From IMG/VR virus record IMGVR_UViG_3300035698_006717, positions 32,001 to 96,000 of that record: a stretch of 64,000 nt of DNA. The stretch is one strand, 5' to 3'. Made by a program: the position numbers and the translations under genes. Positions 33,925 to 41,978 of the stretch are shown here, piece after piece; positions within the stretch are counted from its first letter, which is position 1; every line of letters starts with the position of its first letter. The notes beneath the pieces were generated by a model. It searched no databases, was not told where the DNA came from, and worked only from the letters and a program-made list of their open reading frames with translations. The DNA comes from a virus.

Positions 33925-34004
33925 CGAGTATTATATAGACAGGGCTAATCAAGCTTGATTAGAGTATATTACCCTTATACCCTAACCCCTCTAGGAGGCA
34001 GAAG

Positions 34005-34361
34005 ATGAGACAGCACGCGTTGGCTAGTGAGATTAAGAAAGCGGCGGGAGGTAAAGCACTAGGTGAGTTCTCCCTAGCGAACCATATGTTTGATACTTCG
34101 GACGTAGTAGTAGCAAAGGCTTTGACCCCCTTCCTTAAGGGAGATGACGAGTATTTCGTTAGCGACGATGAGGAGGCTTGGAAAGATGATTACCTGATTA
34201 GCTTTATTGATATAATCCCTACGGCGGGAGAGGTACGGTTTGACGATACTGACTCTGGTTGCTCCGTACACGTTAAGTGCTTCTACGGACTAATCCTAGT
34301 ACGTTGGACTAATAGCGCAGGGGCTGATTCTATCTCTGCTTTTGATATACCTGAGTTATAG
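34005..34361 (+). CDS. acidic hypothetical protein, paralog of 33008-33370
   Basis: See paralog; AGGAGG RBS; hairpin GGCTCTCCT/AGGAGAGCC downstream. Confidence 0.8.
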   Translation: MRQHALASEIKKAAGGKALGEFSLANHMFDTSDVVVAKALTPFLKGDDEYFVSDDEEAWKDDYLISFIDIIPTAGEVRFDDTDSGCSVHVKCFYGLILVRWTNSAGADSISAFDIPEL

Positions 34362-34419
34362 AAAGGATCTGAATTTGGCTCTCCTACCCTAAGGAGAGCC
34401 TTCATTTTACATACCATAC

Positions 34420-34790
34420 GTCATTGGTTTGTACTGTATATGTAAGGACATATGGTAAGCCAATGAGTTGTTCTGTATATGTAATGACATATGTTAGAGC
34501 AGGTGATAGAGCATATGGTAAACCAATGACTATGTAATGTATGTAATAGCATATGGTAAGACAAGTGATAGGACATATGTAAAGAGCAAATGGTATGTGT
34601 GTGATACCAATGTACTGTACTGTAAATGTAAGGACATATGGTAAACCAATGACCTGCTATATGTGTGTGTAATAGCATATGGTAGGACAAATGTAAGTTC
34701 AAATGATATGCTATACATTGAGCTGTTATATGTAAATGTAATAGCAAATGTAAGGACATATGGTAAACCAATGACTATGTAATGGAATGT
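34420..34790. repeat. non-coding degenerate CATATG-core repeat array
   Basis: CATATG at 34449, 34488, 34512, 34550, 34574, 34635, 34676, 34757; unit CATATGGTAAACCAATGAC x3 plus one variant. Confidence 0.9.
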
Positions 34791-35516
34791 TAAACAAATT
34801 GTTAAACAAATGTTGTGAAATGTTAAACCAGTGAAATAAATGTAAAATGTTTACCAAGTTGATATCTACCATATACCATTGGCTAGTTGATTTTATTTGA
34901 AACTGATATCCTTGTTGCTGCTGTGATTAGCTTGATTTCACAATACACTGATTTCTTTTGGCTTTTCCCCGTTTTGCCATGATTTGGTAATTCAATGACT
35001 TTCTCGGATTTCCGAAAAAAAGCGGAAAAATCCGAATTTACCCTAAATCGGGCGAATTACCCGAAGTCGGTATAAATACCCGAAAGCGGGTAGAAGGTAC
35101 TATTTAAGGGGCTTAAATAGGGGCCGTTTAAGGGTTAAATACGTTTAGAGCCTAGGAAGGTTATTTAAGCGGATTAAGGGAAAACTAATTAACCGTATTA
35201 GGTAAATCTTCTAAGTCCTTTAAAATAGGGTAGTTACGGAGGGCGGGCTTTTAGGCGGATTCTATTTAAACGGTTAAAAAGATAGTTTAAGGTTTTTAAA
35301 CTAGATAGAGATTCTAGTTTAAATCGCTGAAGGCGAATTAAATAAAACGTCTTTTTTAGTACTATTAAGACGTTTTTTAAGGCGACTGCTCGCGAGCAAA
35401 TCTACTTAAGATATTAAGTTTTCCCCGATAGGGGCTTTAATCGAGTATATTTACTATAACGCCGCTACCCGCTACGGGCTACGGCGATAATCTATTACCC
35501 TTATAGGGGGTTTCTT

Positions 35517-35786
35517 ATGGTCTCGAATTCACTTACTCTAATAGCTTCGGTGACGAACGATCTACCTACTATATATAGGGTCGCTACGGTTAACCCCTTC
35601 GCCGCCCTACTACCTATCGCCGCCATAGTCGCCGCCGTATACCTTATAGCTTTAACGGTCTACGTGGCGAACGACTACGCCGTTAATACTAATTTACTAA
35701 GAATAGAAAGAGAGGAGCCTATAACCTTAAGAAAGAGCTTTATAGTCGAATACAATAACGGAACTAATAAAACCGTAAACGCTTAG
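35517..35786 (+). CDS. small membrane protein
   Basis: Hydrophobic segment AALLPIAAIVAAVYLIALTVYV; GGGGG RBS. Confidence 0.6.
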   Translation: MVSNSLTLIASVTNDLPTIYRVATVNPFAALLPIAAIVAAVYLIALTVYVANDYAVNTNLLRIEREEPITLRKSFIVEYNNGTNKTVNA

Positions 35787-35841
35787 TCTATTACTTCGAA
35801 TTCACCAAATTTTTAAACCGTAAAAGAAAAGAGTTACTACT

Positions 35842-36369
35842 ATGACTACGAAAAAGAATACTACCGCCGCTCCCGTTTCTAAGATCGTTCGCCACGCCGC
35901 CGCCGCTCCCGTAGAGACTCCCGCCGCCGCTACCGTAGAGAAGGTTTCGCTACTATCGGAAAAGGATTTTATTTCTTACGCCGAAAAGAGCGGGACTCCC
36001 GCCCTAAAATCTTTCGGAAACGTAGGGAGTCGAGTATACGCGAATCCTACCTTTTCGGGAACTACGGCCTTTATTATAGCGGCTCTTTCTACCGTCGATA
36101 CCAAACGTACTAGTTTTACGGTCGCCGATTTCGATTCGGGTATACGGTCGATGAAAACGAAGGAGAACTGGGAACGACTCGACGCTATTTTTAATACGTT
36201 CCGTTCCCGTTTCGCGAGTAACCGTAAAGGCGAAAAACCTTCCCTCGCGAGCAAGTATAAAAGTCCCGTAAAATCTTTACGGACTAGCGGAGTATATAAA
36301 GCGTTCGACGTTTCCGCTATCGGGACTCCCGAACTAAGAAAGTCCTTCGGATTCGCGGCGGGGAAATAG
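35842..36369 (+). CDS. basic Ala/Ser/Thr/Lys-rich protein, candidate first-expressed protein
   Basis: 175 aa ORF with no Gln or Cys; followed by a strong terminator. Confidence 0.75.
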   Translation: MTTKKNTTAAPVSKIVRHAAAAPVETPAAATVEKVSLLSEKDFISYAEKSGTPALKSFGNVGSRVYANPTFSGTTAFIIAALSTVDTKRTSFTVADFDSGIRSMKTKENWERLDAIFNTFRSRFASNRKGEKPSLASKYKSPVKSLRTSGVYKAFDVSAIGTPELRKSFGFAAGK

Positions 36370-36398
36370 ATCGTTCGCCACCAATAGGCGGATAATAT

Positions 36399-36426
36399 AG
36401 GGTAGTCTTCGGACTACCCTTTTTTT
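36399..36426 (+). terminator. rho-independent terminator
   Basis: AGGGTAGTC-TTCG-GACTACCCT followed by a T run. Confidence 0.92.
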
Positions 36427-36599
36427 ATACCTTCCCCGCTCCCTTCCTTCCTTCGTTCGTTCGCCAGACTCCCTCCCTTCCTATAATACCCTAAATCGCC
36501 GCTACGGGACTTTCGCCCTCATAGGTATAGCTAGGATAGGGTATATCTTCCCCGCCTTATACGGGCCTTCTACGGGCCTTATATAAGCTATTTAGAATA

Positions 36600-36706
36600 T
36601 ACCTTAAATCGGGTAGAATACCCGAATTTATATAGTCGGGCTTTTTACCCGAAGTCGGGTAGAATACCTTATCGGGTAAAATACCCGAAGTAGGGTAATA
36701 TACCCT
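36600..36706. repeat. cluster of TACCCGA/TCGGGTA palindromic repeats (second cluster at 35038-35095)
   Basis: TACCCGAA at 36619, 36646, 36682; TCGGGTA at 36609, 36655, 36672. Confidence 0.85.
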
Positions 36707-36989
36707 AATAATTTAAGCGCTTAAGGGGTAGGGCGTATGCGAACGATTTTATTTTCTAGGTAGCCCTACTTTGGCACCCAGCACACACCGTGAACATTTT
36801 TGCCAAGATTACCATGCTCAGAATATTTCAGGCAATACTACAAATGAAAAAGCCCACATACCGAAGCATGCAGGCTGAAAAATATTTACAGAAATTTTTT
36901 CTGCTGAATTTACAATATATACTTCTTGGAATCATCCTTATAGAAAATGGATATAGTTACATCTAGATAGAATTTCATCGCCCAACTCC

Positions 36990-37226
36990 TTAGAATGGAA
37001 GATCATCTTCCTTTGTTGGTGGTTCATATGGGATTTGTTCTCCAACGCCTCCAGCAGGCCATAGATTCAGATTGAGTCTCTTGCAATCTATATATGTCAG
37101 AGCTACACCTGGGTTTAGCTTGATTAGCATCTTACCAGACGGTTCAAGCCAACCCGCTCCTATGCGACATTGCCCGCCAGTATCAGGATCATAGGCTTTT
37201 AAGTAGTGTGTTGGTTTTGAAGGCAT
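36990..37226 (-). CDS. hypothetical protein with SSB-like acidic tail (EDDLPF)
   Basis: RIGAGW motif and DDLPF C-terminus. Confidence 0.6.
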   Translation of the reverse strand: MPSKPTHYLKAYDPDTGGQCRIGAGWLEPSGKMLIKLNPGVALTYIDCKRLNLNLWPAGGVGEQIPYEPPTKEDDLPF

Positions 37227-37677
37227 AGCTCATAGTCCTCTCACGAGATGTATAATGGATGAAATCATCTTGACAATTATATAGATTGCTCCTATAGTGA
37301 AGACGCCAACTGTTACAAACAGTGACAAACAAATTAGTAGTATCATGAGGAAGCGGCTTCCTTGATCTCTATGATACTGGCCTCATGTTCATGCACCCAC
37401 CAATCACCTTGAGACTCTATAACAGCTTCCTTGACTTCAAGAATGTTCTCGGCTTGGACTGCAAAGATCTTGAGATCATATCCGTCATGCCAAAGTACAG
37501 TAAAAGATTTCATATTAACCTCTCAATCATAATTGTGTGTATCATTATAATATGTATCAGCTTCAATAGACTCTTCCCTATCAAGGTTGAGTTGTTCAAC
37601 AGTTCCTTCAGCTTCTAAAGGATCAAAGTCGTCAGCATCCGAATCAAACTCGACTTCCCGAGGGTGTATTGACATAA

Positions 37678-38343
37678 TTAAGCTCCAATCCTTTTCTTAT
37701 CCATACCTATAGACTTGGTAGAAGTGTTCATACCTTTATTGTATTGGTCTTGGTTAAGGCCATACTGTCGGTACTTAGAAGATTTGTATTTGGTACCACA
37801 AGAGTTACAGACCATATCTACAATTGTTCCCTTATTGCAAGCTGTACATAGCTTATGGTCGGATGGGAAATTGGTAGCCATGTAACCCATCATATAAGAT
37901 CGGAGTGCGTCATTCTTCCAAGTGTTAATCTGCTTCTTGAAATACTTGTCTTCGTAGAATGGGCCATATGATTTTGTAAGTTCATCTCTAGCCTCTTTTT
38001 GGAGGCGCTTTTCATTAGTGTTGAACTGATGTTTTATATCATCAAGCAATTCATAGAACATCTTGTACTCATCAGGATCTGCATCTATAGAAATGTAATC
38101 TGGAAATCCTCTGAGAACATATACAGGTATCTTGCAAAATCCAGACAACAGAATAGCATACTTCTTAAGCCGATGTACTTTGAACCTCATATTCTTACGA
38201 GGCTCAAGAACCTCATCAGGATTGAGATTGTACTTCTCTATAAGTGTTTGGATTATCCTCTTGGCATTATCTGCCTCAGGGCCAATCATTTCACCCATAG
38301 CCTTTAGCTTGCGAATCCTACTTTGGATCTTTTCTAGTTCCAT
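37678..38343 (-). CDS. DUF2786-like domain protein
   Basis: N-terminal KIQSRIRKLKAMG...EADNA...LIEKYNL. Confidence 0.65.
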   Translation of the reverse strand: MELEKIQSRIRKLKAMGEMIGPEADNAKRIIQTLIEKYNLNPDEVLEPRKNMRFKVHRLKKYAILLSGFCKIPVYVLRGFPDYISIDADPDEYKMFYELLDDIKHQFNTNEKRLQKEARDELTKSYGPFYEDKYFKKQINTWKNDALRSYMMGYMATNFPSDHKLCTACNKGTIVDMVCNSCGTKYKSSKYRQYGLNQDQYNKGMNTSTKSIGMDKKRIGA

Positions 38344-38551
38344 TCTTTTCCTCCATATATTTGGATATGTCTATTTTAACAAATGCGTATATTGATAGAA
38401 CAAATATTGCTATCCAGCTACTAACTGGAACATGCTGCACAGTATAGAATTCTAGATACATAGAATAGCCTATGCTACCTAGTATGATTGGCATTAGAAT
38501 CATACTTGCCAATAGGATACCTCTAATCTTGTTAATCACAAAACACCTCAC
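38318..38551 (-). CDS. small membrane protein
   Basis: Two hydrophobic segments. Confidence 0.55.
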   Translation of the reverse strand: MRCFVINKIRGILLASMILMPIILGSIGYSMYLEFYTVQHVPVSSWIAIFVLSIYAFVKIDISKYMEEKNGTRKDPK

Positions 38552-39026
38552 AGGTTATAAGTTAGCCTCTCCCTTTCTTAAATAATATAAGAAAGAATAA
38601 CCCTTGTAGTAATGTTTTTATTAAGGAAGTATCAGATGTACTCTTTACGCTTCATAGTCTTGCGACATTTTCTGCAAGTGTCATAAAGTCTGTTATTAGC
38701 ATATACCTCTAAGTTGCGCCTATATCTTACTAGTTCTTCTTTAGAGAGCTTGCCAACTTCAACAGATTTTAAGAATTTGAATTTGCCCATTTGTTACAGT
38801 ACTCACTCACCCTTGTTTTTTGGGTTTGCCGTGTGTGATACCATTGCCACAGTGTGGGCAGAACTTCCACGACTTCTTGAGTTTCTTCATACAGCTGCAA
38901 TAGTGCGTCATGTTCTTTAGCATCCTTTCAAAGGCGTTGATCTTCGGCGAGTCCTTTGGGTCAAACGGTGAGCTAGGGCACCCATACAAGACAACTATGT
39001 CATCCATTTACAACTCCTATCCTTGT

Positions 39027-39101
39027 TTAATCAATCATGAGAATCATGCCGATTACCGCGCTCACCCACCCAGATATGAATCCCGTTATCCACTCACTCA
39101 T
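39027..39101 (-). CDS. 24-aa membrane micropeptide, paralog 1
   Basis: MSEWITGFISGWVSAVIGMILMID, behind a GAGGAG RBS. Confidence 0.6.
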   Translation of the reverse strand: MSEWITGFISGWVSAVIGMILMID

Positions 39102-39228
39102 CTCTCCTCCTCTGCCTGAGTTTTGGGTGAACCGCGGTAGAGGCTTGCCCCAATGTTGAGTTAATGCGTGCCGCCAATGCACTGGCTACGCAAAACCGTT
39201 TAGCTTGCCGCAGTTCACTAGGTTGTTT

Positions 39229-39360
39229 CATACAACGGTTAAGCAACGGGTGATAGTTTGCCGATACACTCATCGCAGAAGAACCGACCTGCCGTACTTT
39301 TATAACATTTCTTAGGCTCACCACAAGACTCGCAAATTTCATCCATTGCTGTGTTGTGTG
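39229..39360 (-). mobile_element. attC-like recombination site 1 (132 bp)
   Basis: Minus strand: CACACAAC-AC-AGCAATGGATGAAATTTGC ... GCAAACTATCACCCGTTGCT-TAACC-GTTGTATG; imperfect hairpin. Confidence 0.7.
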
Positions 39361-39523
39361 AAGTTTTTAGAAACTCCTCTTTTTCCTTAAAAATTGAGCG
39401 GAGTATTACTATTGCGCCCTGTTTGATAAAAGACCTCGCCTTGTACTCTACAAGGGCCACCTTTAATTCGTCAAAGCTCATTTTTACCACAATAAAGTCC
39501 TTTCTAAAAATTTGCGAAGCGAA

Positions 39524-39655
39524 CACACAACGTATTGCAAATGGGTGCTGGCCCACTAACATTCCCGTCCAGAACACTCCACGGCCTCCCCACGCATATC
39601 GCACGATTCTACATGACAACCATCGCACAGGCTGGCACCCTTTGCGTGTTGTGTG
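39524..39655 (-). mobile_element. attC-like recombination site 2 (132 bp)
   Basis: Minus strand: CACACAAC-AC-GCAAAGGGTGCCAGCC ... GGCCAGCACCC-A-TTTGC-AATAC-GTTGTGTG; one extrahelical base. Confidence 0.72.
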
Positions 39656-39807
39656 CTGTGGCTTGGTGGCTCCTCTTGTTCTGAGTTTGGCAAGTTGGCA
39701 ATAATCTTCGTGCGTATGAACTTGTAGACCTTACCCAGTTCTGAATGTGACAACTTAGATAAATCCTCGTGGATGTAGCCAAGAATACCATCACGATAAT
39801 CACTCAT
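39556..39807 (-). CDS. cassette-borne hypothetical protein that reads into attC-like site 2
   Basis: AGGAG RBS after GTTGTGTGCAAT. Confidence 0.55.
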   Translation of the reverse strand: MSDYRDGILGYIHEDLSKLSHSELGKVYKFIRTKIIANLPNSEQEEPPSHSTQHAKGASLCDGCHVESCDMRGEAVECSGREC

Positions 39808-39843
39808 AACCCAAACTCCTATAAAAGATTTTCACCAAACATT

Positions 39844-39928
39844 GCACACAACGTCTGTCGTGTTACGAAGTCGCCCTTGGCGATTTGGGCCGAACGACGT
39901 GAGCCGTAACATTTCTCTTTTGTTCCGC
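39844..39928 (-). mobile_element. degenerate attC-like site 3
   Basis: R'-like GTTGTGTGC; inner TGTTACG/CGTAACA and TCGCC/GGCGA stems; weak R''. Confidence 0.45.
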
Positions 39929-40945
39929 CTTATCAGGATAAGTCTTTTGGTTCTTCACAATAGATTTGGTTTGTACCCGTCTATTCTTTACTAAAATTCT
40001 AAAATACGGGCACTTTCCATTGATTGATAGATCCTTTTCATCATTCCCTTTTCTGAACTTAACTATTTCAAATTGCTTTGGATTGAACTTATGGAGAAAT
40101 GTTATTGGCACACCTATAAACCCTTTGTAGTCTGATGGTATATCCTTTGTCTTATTAACATTTATACCATCATAGTTGTCATACTTGGGATATTGAGCTT
40201 CATTTCCGTAGTATCTTTTGGTGAGTGGAATATCTTCGTGCCGTTTAAACGTATCTAAGTTAGTCAACCATAGACAATTGTTTGGAGAAACGATTCTGTT
40301 CCCAAAACTATCTATCCGAGCTTCTGTTCCATAAAGTTCATAGTGTTCGGGAACAATAAAACCAGAGACCCCTCTACCAATGTTTATTCCTAACCATGCT
40401 TTGTTTTCTTTTATAAGCTTGAAATCTTCCTTATAAGTTATTGCATTGATATTCCCAATTATCAAGAACTTTTTATGGTACTTGACCAATTGAGCTACGT
40501 ATTCTCTGAATAATGAAAATGGAGGGTTAGTAACTACAATGTCAGACTGTTTCAGTAGTTCAATGCTTTCTGAACAACGGAAGTCACCATCCCCAGCAAA
40601 GTGAATAATGTCGGTTGAGCTTGGTTTGCTTCTTTCACCCTCCGTACCAGTATATTCAAAGTAGAAACCATTTTCATCTTCCGCGGTGTTAAACAAATCT
40701 CTTACTTGTTCCCTGTAACAAGCCGCTATCAATTTCTTGAGACCTAATTCCTCAAAGTTTGAAGCAAAGTAACTATAAAAGTTACTAATTTGAGGGTCAT
40801 CGCAATTGCAAAAGACCACCTTGTCTTTAAAGTGGCTCTTATAATGCTTCAATTCACTTTCTATATCTGAAAGTTGCGTGTAGAACTCATCGCTTTTTGA
40901 TTTCTTAGCTTTTTGTAATAATCTGTTTGTTGCTTTCCTTGTCAT
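39863..40945 (-). CDS. adenine-specific DNA methyltransferase, EcoRI methylase family (orphan)
   Basis: KSDEFYT, VFCNCDDP, GDGDFR, IVVTNPPFSLFREY, IGNINAITYKE. Confidence 0.9.
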   Translation of the reverse strand: MTRKATNRLLQKAKKSKSDEFYTQLSDIESELKHYKSHFKDKVVFCNCDDPQISNFYSYFASNFEELGLKKLIAACYREQVRDLFNTAEDENGFYFEYTGTEGERSKPSSTDIIHFAGDGDFRCSESIELLKQSDIVVTNPPFSLFREYVAQLVKYHKKFLIIGNINAITYKEDFKLIKENKAWLGINIGRGVSGFIVPEHYELYGTEARIDSFGNRIVSPNNCLWLTNLDTFKRHEDIPLTKRYYGNEAQYPKYDNYDGINVNKTKDIPSDYKGFIGVPITFLHKFNPKQFEIVKFRKGNDEKDLSINGKCPYFRILVKNRRVQTKSIVKNQKTYPDKAEQKRNVTAHVVRPKSPRATS

Positions 40946-40988
40946 TTTTCTACCTGTCTCAATTCAAAGGGTTTTCTTATTCATTTGC

Positions 40989-41071
40989 CTCTAATGTGTA
41001 ATGCGTCTTGGGCAGTACGCTTCATCCTACAGCAAGTGCGGTAGCTTGCAGAAGCCTGAACTATGTTAAAT
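40989..41071 (-). mobile_element. degenerate attC-like site 4
   Basis: R'' ATTTAAC next to the upstream ORF stop (TTA ACA TAG); inner GCTTC/GAAGC and GCAAG/CTTGC stems; R'-like ATTAGAG. Confidence 0.5.
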
Positions 41072-41847
41072 GATCTGTAAGGCTCTCACAACAAACCATA
41101 CGAAGCCTCGATTCAAGAGCGGCAATTTTATCCTTTAGCTGTTGTACGTCTGTGGGCTGAGTACATTGTCCTTTAGGTGGCGGCGGACGCACACCTTTCG
41201 GACGAATGCCAACACCACCTTTTGATACTAAGCCTTCCGTAATATCGCTATGCATGCTTGCCACCTTTATAATAAATTTAAGAAGACCATTGCGTGTAAC
41301 TTGTGCTAGGGTGTCATTTGATTTATTTCACAACCAGCAGCAGGTGGGTTAATCACTCCCCCTTGTTATGTACCCACTTGGAAAACCATTCAATGGCCTC
41401 GCGTTCACGCATACCAATTGTGTTCTCATCAATAAACCGCCTTGACAGTTCAAGGATAGTCTTCTCAGCCTCACTGTCGGTTGGTGCTGGTGCTTTAGCA
41501 TCTTCTACGCACAGCGCACAAACCTGTATAGTCTCGTGCTTGACAATCCCGTGGGTAATACATCGTCTCATATTTATCGGCATCTCTCACTCCTCCTCTG
41601 TCTGAGTATTGGCCCTGAACTGCTTGTACCTTGTTTGAAATATCTCATAGAACTCTTGGTGCCCCGATTTAAACAAAGCGCCATAAAGCTCACTCAGTAG
41701 CTCTACAGCCTCGCTCTCGGTGGGTGCTGGGGGAGGGGTGGTTAGCCGTTCTTTGATAAAATCCCACGCATCAAGCTCAAAACCTATTGATCCGCAAGCG
41801 ATGATATTACCAATTATCTCCTGTGCTAAGTCGATGTTCATTTCCAT
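41061..41847 (-). other. small hypothetical ORFs 41061-41264, 41353-41583 and 41587-41847
   Basis: RBS-bearing ORFs; the last two share PAPT(D/E)SEA. Confidence 0.6.
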
Positions 41848-41862
41848 ATAATCCCTCTCCCC

Positions 41863-41940
41863 CTACTGTGTTAAAACAACCCAAGTCAGATATGCACTGA
41901 TGACACACCCTGAAACAAAGCCGCTAAGCCAATCCTTCAT
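41863..41940 (-). CDS. 25-aa membrane micropeptide, paralog 2
   Basis: MKDWLSGFVSGCVISAYLTWVVLTQ, behind a GAGGAG RBS. Confidence 0.65.
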   Translation of the reverse strand: MKDWLSGFVSGCVISAYLTWVVLTQ

Positions 41941-41978
41941 CACTCCTCCTCTGTCTGAGTATTGGGTATGTAATCGCT

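Larger units (their letters stand above)
35000..36770. other. CA/TG-depleted, CG-rich compositional island
   Basis: Manual count ~22 CA+TG dinucleotides in ~1770 bp, versus ~8 per 60 bp in an ordinary coding line. Confidence 0.92.

Noticed and set aside
34421-34771. Minus-strand ORFs of 116 aa and 62 aa
   Set aside because: His/Tyr/Ile repeats are simply the translated DNA repeat; no RBS
34420-34800. CRISPR array
   Set aside because: Repeats are degenerate and irregularly spaced, the intervening DNA is itself repetitive, and no cas genes are present
35000-36770. rRNA/structured ncRNA, or fungal RIP-type mutation, as the cause of the island
   Set aside because: No rRNA/tRNA motifs; intact ORFs and a terminator are present; CG is enriched rather than GC being eroded
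39863-40945. Complete EcoRI-type restriction-modification system
   Set aside because: No endonuclease gene nearby; specificity cannot be assumed to be GAATTC
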